From the NCBI GenBank assembly GCA_012295275.1, contig CM022665.1:22134001-22198000 (forward strand): 64,000 nt of DNA. The letters are read 5' to 3'. The notes below the pieces were generated by a model. The model was not told where the DNA came from, did not search any database, and saw nothing but the letters and a program-made list of their open reading frames with translations. The stretch is from Chrysomallon squamiferum. Taxonomy: Eukaryota > Animalia > Mollusca. The position numbers were made by a program, and so were the translations under genes. This document shows, one piece after another, positions 56,371-64,000 of the stretch. How positions within the stretch are numbered: position 1 is the stretch's first letter; each line of letters starts with the position of its first letter.

Positions 56371-59300
56371 AGACAGTGTACAGAAATTTACCCGCGGGCG
56401 ATCGAAATGTGATTTAAAAGAGTCAGAGTAGTTTCATGATAATAAATTATAATCATTTATATACATATATATAAAGATATAGAAAAGTAAACGAAAGAAA
56501 TCTCGTCTTCAGAATACTGTAACAGCTTAAGTCGAGAAACCTTAACCAAAAGGAAAATAATGTTGGTTTGGTGGCACTGGTACATAGATTATCAGCAGGT
56601 ATTTTGACAGTTAAATGTTAGAGATGAAACTCGGTCCTGACATTTCAGGGGCCACTGCAGATTAACAGAGAGAATTCTTCGACACACAAGAGAGTGGCCT
56701 TTGATGTATGATTCGGAGGATGCTGAATGGACCCATCAAACACCAGTCTTCAAGCTAAGAACTTTCTTATTAAATTAGTTAATCTGATTTCACACACATT
56801 TTCGCGTGGCGTGTTTCTTTGGCACAAACCTGCAACCGGGAACCTTTCTCACTTAAATTGGCTTTGATTTTTATTTCCGTTGTATATTTAATTTCTTTGC
56901 AAACGTGATTTCAAAAAGGGATAACTGCTGTTATTAATCACATAAAATCACTTGGAACTGTATTTGACAGTTCTTGTTATTTTGATATTATTTCTGTTTT
57001 ATCTGTTGGTTGTGGACACTTGTAACTGTTATTCGTGGATTACTGCTACACATTATAACTTTGAGTTGCTTCTGAGATGCATTTAATAACAATGCTGTGC
57101 TTTCATTATTTATGATAAAATTAATATTTGATGATGTAGTTGATGGTACTATTTCTGCTAAAAGAATTACAGTTTAAAACTATTTTATATTGCATGCAGA
57201 TATTGTTACTAAACTATTTAACCGCGTGTTTATATGGTTGGTGTACATTTACTGTGTTATGCCGATACAGTTGATATTATAGTATCTGTGATATGCCGAT
57301 GTGGTTGCTAATACTATTGCTGTATTATCTGCTAGATTTATAGTCACTGCTCTATATTGTTTGCACGCTATACTGTTACTAATATACTTTTGATACTGTC
57401 TTTTATTTCACAACATATTTCTTTTCGCAGCATTTGATGTTGGTGGCCATTTCATCTCTTTTGATAAATACTTTTAATACTAAGTTTTAAATCTGTTTAT
57501 AACCAAGTTGCATGTGACTCAGAGTACTGAAATAAATTTACATTCACCATTACGACAGTTACGTATTAGTCATCAAAGACCACAGCCAGGTTATTGATGG
57601 TGGATATGTCAATAAAAATGGAGTCTTGGTCTGTTCAGATATTTTTGAAGTAATATCCATTTTAAACTGTACATGTTAATCATAAGTGAGGAATTACGTG
57701 AAAAAGGAACTAATAATAATATATATATATATATATCTAATTTTAAATCCGAGGACTTATTTTCATCCAGCTAATTTGGTTTTTGATTTGTATGTGTTGC
57801 TGTTAATTCTGCTTAAAGTGGAGTGCCGTGGACAAACATGTCGTGTGAGATGTTTGAAGTCTAGATGTACCGATTTACGATTAACTGTGCGCTATAATTG
57901 GAAACTGATTAAACAGAAAAATCCACAAGCACAGAATACAAATTTGTCTATGTTTTGAATGTGTTTGTGATTGTGTACTAATAGAAATGGATTAATTTAT
58001 AAACAGACGCGCGTTTCCAATTATAAGACTGATCCTTTCATTTGTTACACATTTTACATAAAAATAAAATACAATAATTTTGTCGCGTTCTTCTTGCTGT
58101 CAAGTACTTACTTTAGTTATAACCTCAACGTCGTTATCTTTGAACTATGAACGTTAATGTTTCCCTAATGTTGGTTCAAGACGACACTGTAACATATTCA
58201 GTAATTCTAACACAAGATTATTCTGGTTGAAGTACCATAAATTTGAAAAATAAATTAATGATGACCTATTAGTGGTAGTAGCAGACTACTGCTGTTACTA
58301 CTAGAAATTTTACAACAACTTCTACCGCCACCACCACCACCACTACTACTACTAATACTACTACTACTACGACAGATACTGTTGCTGCTATTTCTGCTTC
58401 TACTGTTATCACTACTGCTAACGCAGCTATTATTACTGTTACACTCAGTAATATTAGTAACAGAAGAAGAAGAAGTAATGATGCTGATGATGCTGCTGAT
58501 GGTGATATTGGAATTAAGAAAATAAGTAATGTATATATAAAAGAGATGTTCTTATCTACTGAAATTCTTTAAAATGCAGAATAATTTTAATGGAAATATA
58601 CATTTTGCTGATTTGTCGATAGAAACAAGCAAATGACACAGTAAAATGCATTCCATACATACGTCAAATGTCAAGCATATATTGTAACTACTACAACAAA
58701 TTCACCTTGGCATTTTTTTTTTTTTTACATTAATTCAAATGGCAAATGTTTGTTGTTTTTTTCTTCTTACTTTTCATGTTGGTTTTTTTGTTGTTTTTTT
58801 TTCCTTTTTTTTCTTTTCTTTTTAATCAAGCAGTTCCATCGTAAGTTCATCAAACCTGTAAAGCTCTTCGTGATTTGTGTCAGCAACTGGCAATATATCA
58901 AAATTAAGATGGAAGAACACGCGTTCAAATAACTGATAATAAAAACAGAGTAATTGTTTTGGTCCCAGAAGACTATGTTTCTACCACTGGCGTAACATGC
59001 AAATACAAGGGGACATTTTGATGCAACCGTTAAAATTAAAGATCAGTTCAGCTGGTTGGTGTATTGGTAGGTTAAAAGCAAAAATAACAACAGCAACAAC
59101 AACCAACCACAGAATCTGTTAGATATTGAAGTGTATTATACTTTGTGTGCATGTTTTTTAACATCACTGATGACGTAATGGCTATTATAAGATGTCCATG
59201 GTTTTACAGATATTAAACATAGCAAACACACACATATGCATACACACTCAAACACAGACACAAACCAGACAAAATACAGATAAACACATGTATAACATAC

Positions 59301-59488
59301 ACTATTTATTCACACGTGATATATAAACAAATACTAATACTGTAATGCTCTACAGAATACATTTATATATTAACGATGAAGATTATTTGTTGCATTGTTA
59401 TAAATACATCTACTGACAAATTATTTTCATGTTATGTTTTGTAAGCAGATTCTCACTAGAAATAGCAAGCACGTTAATTAATACTCAC

Positions 59489-60315
59489 GTAAACGTCGAC
59501 TGGTATTTTACAAAACAGATCCTGTTTAATTTTTTGCTCACAGTCGAAGAATGCTGCAGTAGTTTCTTGATTCTCCAGCTTTGTACATATTATTATTATT
59601 CTTGAATTCGTCCTCAGTAACGGAAAATAGCTGTCTCTGTCTTACCTAACAAGAAAAATCACGCACGAAGCACGTTGTGAAAACCACACTTCACGACACG
59701 TACTGCGCCCATCCTCCAGATTCATCAACCTCAATATCAAGTTGACGTCGTGGAAACAATTTCATTCTGTAATTCCTGCAAGTTAAATGAATAGAAAAGA
59801 AAACGCCGGCTGCAGATAGTTTAGAAGCGTGATCCAGCCATAACAGTAGTTTATAATTCGAAACAGCAAGAAGCAACAAGCCGACTCTGATGGTACCTGC
59901 GGTATGGTGACAACCAATAAAGAATCAATTTAGTCGAATCTTCGTAATTGCTTCTCTCGATAAACACCATTTTGTTATTAGCTGTCGTCTTGCCTTTGTT
60001 TATTTGGCACTGTCTTCTTGTTGTTTTATTACTAGACTCGGCTAATAGCGAATAGTGTCTATAAAGTGACCAGTTGTTTTATAACTCTAACGTTGACACG
60101 GCGAATTGTATTGATCGCTCTCTCCGTGATGCGAGTTTTGAAAACTCCACTGAACGCTGTCGGCTCTATGAGGTATGGGTATGCTAATGGATAATAGATT
60201 CGCTTTCTCCGTAACAAGTGCTGATCGTTCGTAGCAGACGATACCAATCGATGATTAAAATGAGACTTCCTGTCGACTCAAAACGCCCATGGACATCATC
60301 TGTCCGGAATCTCGT
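59489..60315 (-). promoter_or_regulatory. CpG-enriched block, candidate KCNQ1 promoter and non-coding first exon
   Basis: The KCNQ1 ATG exon begins at an acceptor (51858), so an upstream exon is required. This block is CpG-rich and ends in consensus minus-strand donors tag|gtaaga (59646) and ac|gtgagt (59489). Confidence 0.35.
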
Positions 60316-61147
60316 GAATTATTATTAATTTTATTTATTTATTCTCTGATTTCAAATAATCTCTTACTAATTTTTGTTTAATTCTAATCCAGTTCAGCTC
60401 ATTAATCCAGTTTCGTTTTTCGTTTCTTTCTCATTGGTTATTCAAATGACGTTTTTTAAAAAATATACATTTTCTAAAGCTTTGTCTTTATTTAATTATT
60501 TATTTATAATCATCATCACCTTTCCTTTCGTATGTTATGCCACTACAACCAAGAGTTCTAAAATGGTTTAGTCCTATCCCTTCCCCCAAAAAATAATAAT
60601 AACATTTGTCCGTACGTCATCGATATGCATGTTCATACATGTACGCATGCAGAGCAATGTCCATCCACCTAAATCATTATATACATGTAAATGATTACAT
60701 ATAAAATAATAATGAAACACATCATAATTTCATCTTCGACTGTTATTTGTCTCTGTGCTTAAGACTATAGCGTAATAATTCTTGTGAATACTTTTGTCTA
60801 AAAACACAAAAAAAAAACCCACAAAAAAACCAAAATAAAAAAACCCATGCCTGACAGTGATAAATTTAACACTGAATAATAGAAAAAGAAATTCTGCTAG
60901 CAAATAATGGTGCTGTTTTTTTCTAAGATGAAATTCAGTAATATATATATAACATTTTCTGTACATTTAACAGGACATCCTGTTTAATCCGAAATGTATA
61001 GTAACACGAAAATAACTTGAGAATCTTTTTTGCTCTGTACATAAGCAGTTCCACCAAAATCAAATCGTACTGACAGGGTTGCTATAGCAATATTTTTTTT
61101 TCTTTATTGTTTCTTTTGTTGTTCTTCTGTTGTACAGTATTTATCTA

Positions 61148-61280
<133 letters not shown>

Positions 61281-62632
61281 TAGATGTAGATGTAGATATA
61301 GACTTATTTTGTCTCTGAGCTTAAGATATTGATATAGATATTTTTCTCTTTGTGTCTATCAGTGTCTGTGTGTTTGTTTTCTCCTATATCTCATACAATC
61401 TTATTGATTTCTGCCATCGTTGGTATCGAATTTAAAATGTGAAATGAAGCACTTTTCGTGTTTTAAATAAGACGAATAATATTATTCTTCCTTCAAGAAC
61501 TGGTATCATATAGCTTAAAATGACCGTCACCAAGCAATTATTTTAACCAGATTTCCGACAAGGATTTAGTAAAATCAACAGTGGAAATCTGGAAACGACA
61601 TTTACAATCAGTGATAATATTATCGTGTACTCTTAAAAAAGTTCAGTTATATCTTTAGTAAAAGTTAATAAAAGGTGAATCTCTTAGTGTAGTTGATAAA
61701 TAAATAAATAAATAAATAAACAAACAAACAAACAAACAAATACACAAACATAAAATAACAACAGCAAGAAGAAGAAGAAGACTATTCCCAGTTTTCGTAT
61801 GTATCTTTTACCGCTATCAGAAAGTTACATTAGTTTATAAAGGTAACGGTATATCAAATCGGGTTGAGACGTACCTTAAAATACCATTAATACAGCTTTG
61901 TGTCTATTTATTTCAAACAGACATCCATCAGTTCAAAAGTGGCCTAGGTGTTGCTACTCTTTTCTCATTCAAACTTAGAAAGCAGAAGCAGCCTAGAGTT
62001 AAGCGTTGAATGATCTCAAAATATGAACAGTCTCTTTAGTACTGAAAATATGAAGTTATAACAAACTAATCTTTGAATTTATTGAAAGTATATTTCTTTC
62101 ATTGAAACAATTATAAAAGTCATTAATGGTCATTTTAAGTTCTGTTTCAGTCTGATTCGGTAATCTTATGCAACACCAAAAACGTATAACTCAGACACGC
62201 CGCTAGAGGTATTACACAGATTAAAAACACTGAAGTGTATCATAGACTCAACCTCTATTTTTTTTTTTTTTTAGAAGAACATCTCAGATTTACTTCGAGA
62301 AATACGACTAGACTTACCGCTAGAAGTACACTTCGTACCTTCCGTTTTATTTATAACACAGACTTACTGAAATAAATACAAGCTCAGTTTAGTGATATCA
62401 GCCGCGTTAATTATTACGTCTACTTCAGCAACATTAAGCACATAATTAGTAGTTGAAACAGACAGCAGTCAGTAATAATATTTGAATCAATGATGCATGA
62501 AAGCAGATGGAAATCCTAGTCGGTTATTACCCACCTAGGTCAGACTGTTCCAAACATATAATAAATATTTTAACAAATATATACATATTCTAACAAACAG
62601 ACAACAGACAAATAAATAAACAAACAAATAAA

Positions 62633-62751
62633 CACACACATACATACACAAACACATACATACATACATACATACATACATACATACATACATACATACA
62701 TACACACATAAATACATACATACATACATACACACATACATACATACACAC

Positions 62752-62798
<47 letters not shown>

Positions 62799-62905
62799 TA
62801 CACATACACATACACATACATACATACATACATACATACATACATACATACATACATACATACATACACACACACATACATACATACATACATTACACGC
62901 ACACA
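62633..62905. repeat. (TACA)n/(CACATA)n microsatellite
   Basis: Directly visible. Confidence 0.95.
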
Positions 62906-63644
62906 CATCACAAATGCGTCCATATAAGTACTTTTATATTTGTTATGATGTTTTGTTAACACTCTTCAGTCTATTAAAACAGTGAACAGACCTTTTTTCA
63001 GTCATCAGTACAAGTCTGTATAACCTGTTCTAACACGTTTATCTGAGAATTGTAAATTGGCTAGCTCTTTGTCGAGAGCTCTGTAATGAACGAGTCTGAA
63101 TACGATTGTCAGCGGTTTGTACGCCACACAGCAAGAAAGATTCGATATCTAACTACACTTATTTATTTCATTTTTATGTTTAGGCCGGGGAAATCAAGTT
63201 ATAGGCCACGCAGGACAGATAATAGCTTAAATTTGATTGACCGCAGTAGATCTGAATGTATTATTGTTTTTTGAAATGTCATTGATTAAAAAGAACAATA
63301 GTACAAAGCGACATATTGAGGGCTGACTGGATTATAGAGATTATTGTAGTTAAAACCTGTCGTATAAATCCTCAAAGAACACCATAAAATGAAGAACATA
63401 CTGTCTCGTAATATTAATTGCTCTTTGGGTAATTTCTACAGATTAATTTAAAAGATGCATCACATCGCGTCAGAAAAAGTATCCAAACTGAGTGAAAATA
63501 TATCACTTAATCGTGCGACGTAATCCTAAAATGCTAGTTTCTTGGCCTAAAACAGAGTGGAATTAGCATGTTTTATTATTTTGAAACGATGATTTAGAGG
63601 AGAGTGATACACAGGCATCTTCACTACACTCCTCCTTACTGCAT

Positions 63645-63850
63645 CCTTTTCCAGCCATTGCCGCAAAAGCGATTTATCAAAGGCCATGGGAAATGCTTTC
63701 ATGTTTAAGGGAAGGTGCATGAAAAGGATCTGTTACTGCTAATTGTAAAAGAATACCCCATGTCATGGTGAGTTGCGTGTTATCTGTTTTCGTTCTCAGT
63801 ATGTAAATGTCGATATTTAACAATAGACTGAAGTGTGCTAAGTACTTTAA
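63645..63850 (+). mobile_element. SINE relic, most complete copy
   Basis: ttccagcca...atcaaaggccatgg...gggaaggtgcatgaaaaggatctgttactgctaat...aagaataccccatg. Confidence 0.6.
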
Positions 63851-64000
63851 TTATTTACTCATTTCACAAAAACAGTCTTTACCAAGAGTGTTTCAAACAA
63901 AAGGTTGATGATTATTCTCTATCTAGTCTGGTTCAAACGTGATAAGCACCTGCTCGCAGTCAGATCATATGAACATCTCTCTGGAATTAACTCATTTATT

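Overview
This is AT-rich, microsatellite-dense animal genomic DNA, not prokaryotic. It is probably a spiralian such as a mollusc; that is an inference from the peptide type and repeat style. Almost all ORFs in the supplied track are artefacts of simple repeats. Reading splice sites by hand gives three complete intron-containing genes: (1) eIF1A (+, 6 coding exons, 9810-12343, 136 aa); (2) an 8-cysteine insulin-superfamily prepropeptide of the dilp7/MILP7 (invertebrate relaxin-like) type (+, 18789/21131-23080, 143-146 aa); (3) a KCNQ1/Kv7.1-type potassium channel (-, 14 coding exons, 51729-27329, 594 aa) lying tail-to-tail about 4.2 kb from the insulin-like gene. A possible orphan acidic protein gene lies at 379-1898 (-). 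The window also holds a decayed Penelope-like retroelement, several SINE relics, MITEs (one Tigger4-like), minisatellites and a 69-nt hairpin. The most notable observations are the KCNQ1/insulin-family adjacency (echoing vertebrate KCNQ1-INS-IGF2 linkage), the unusual position of the fourth cysteine pair in the peptide, and two KCNQ1 splice junctions that are locally duplicated into decoy sites leading to stop codons, one of them in a GC-AG intron. Comparisons with human genes and repeat consensus sequences are from memory, not from a search.
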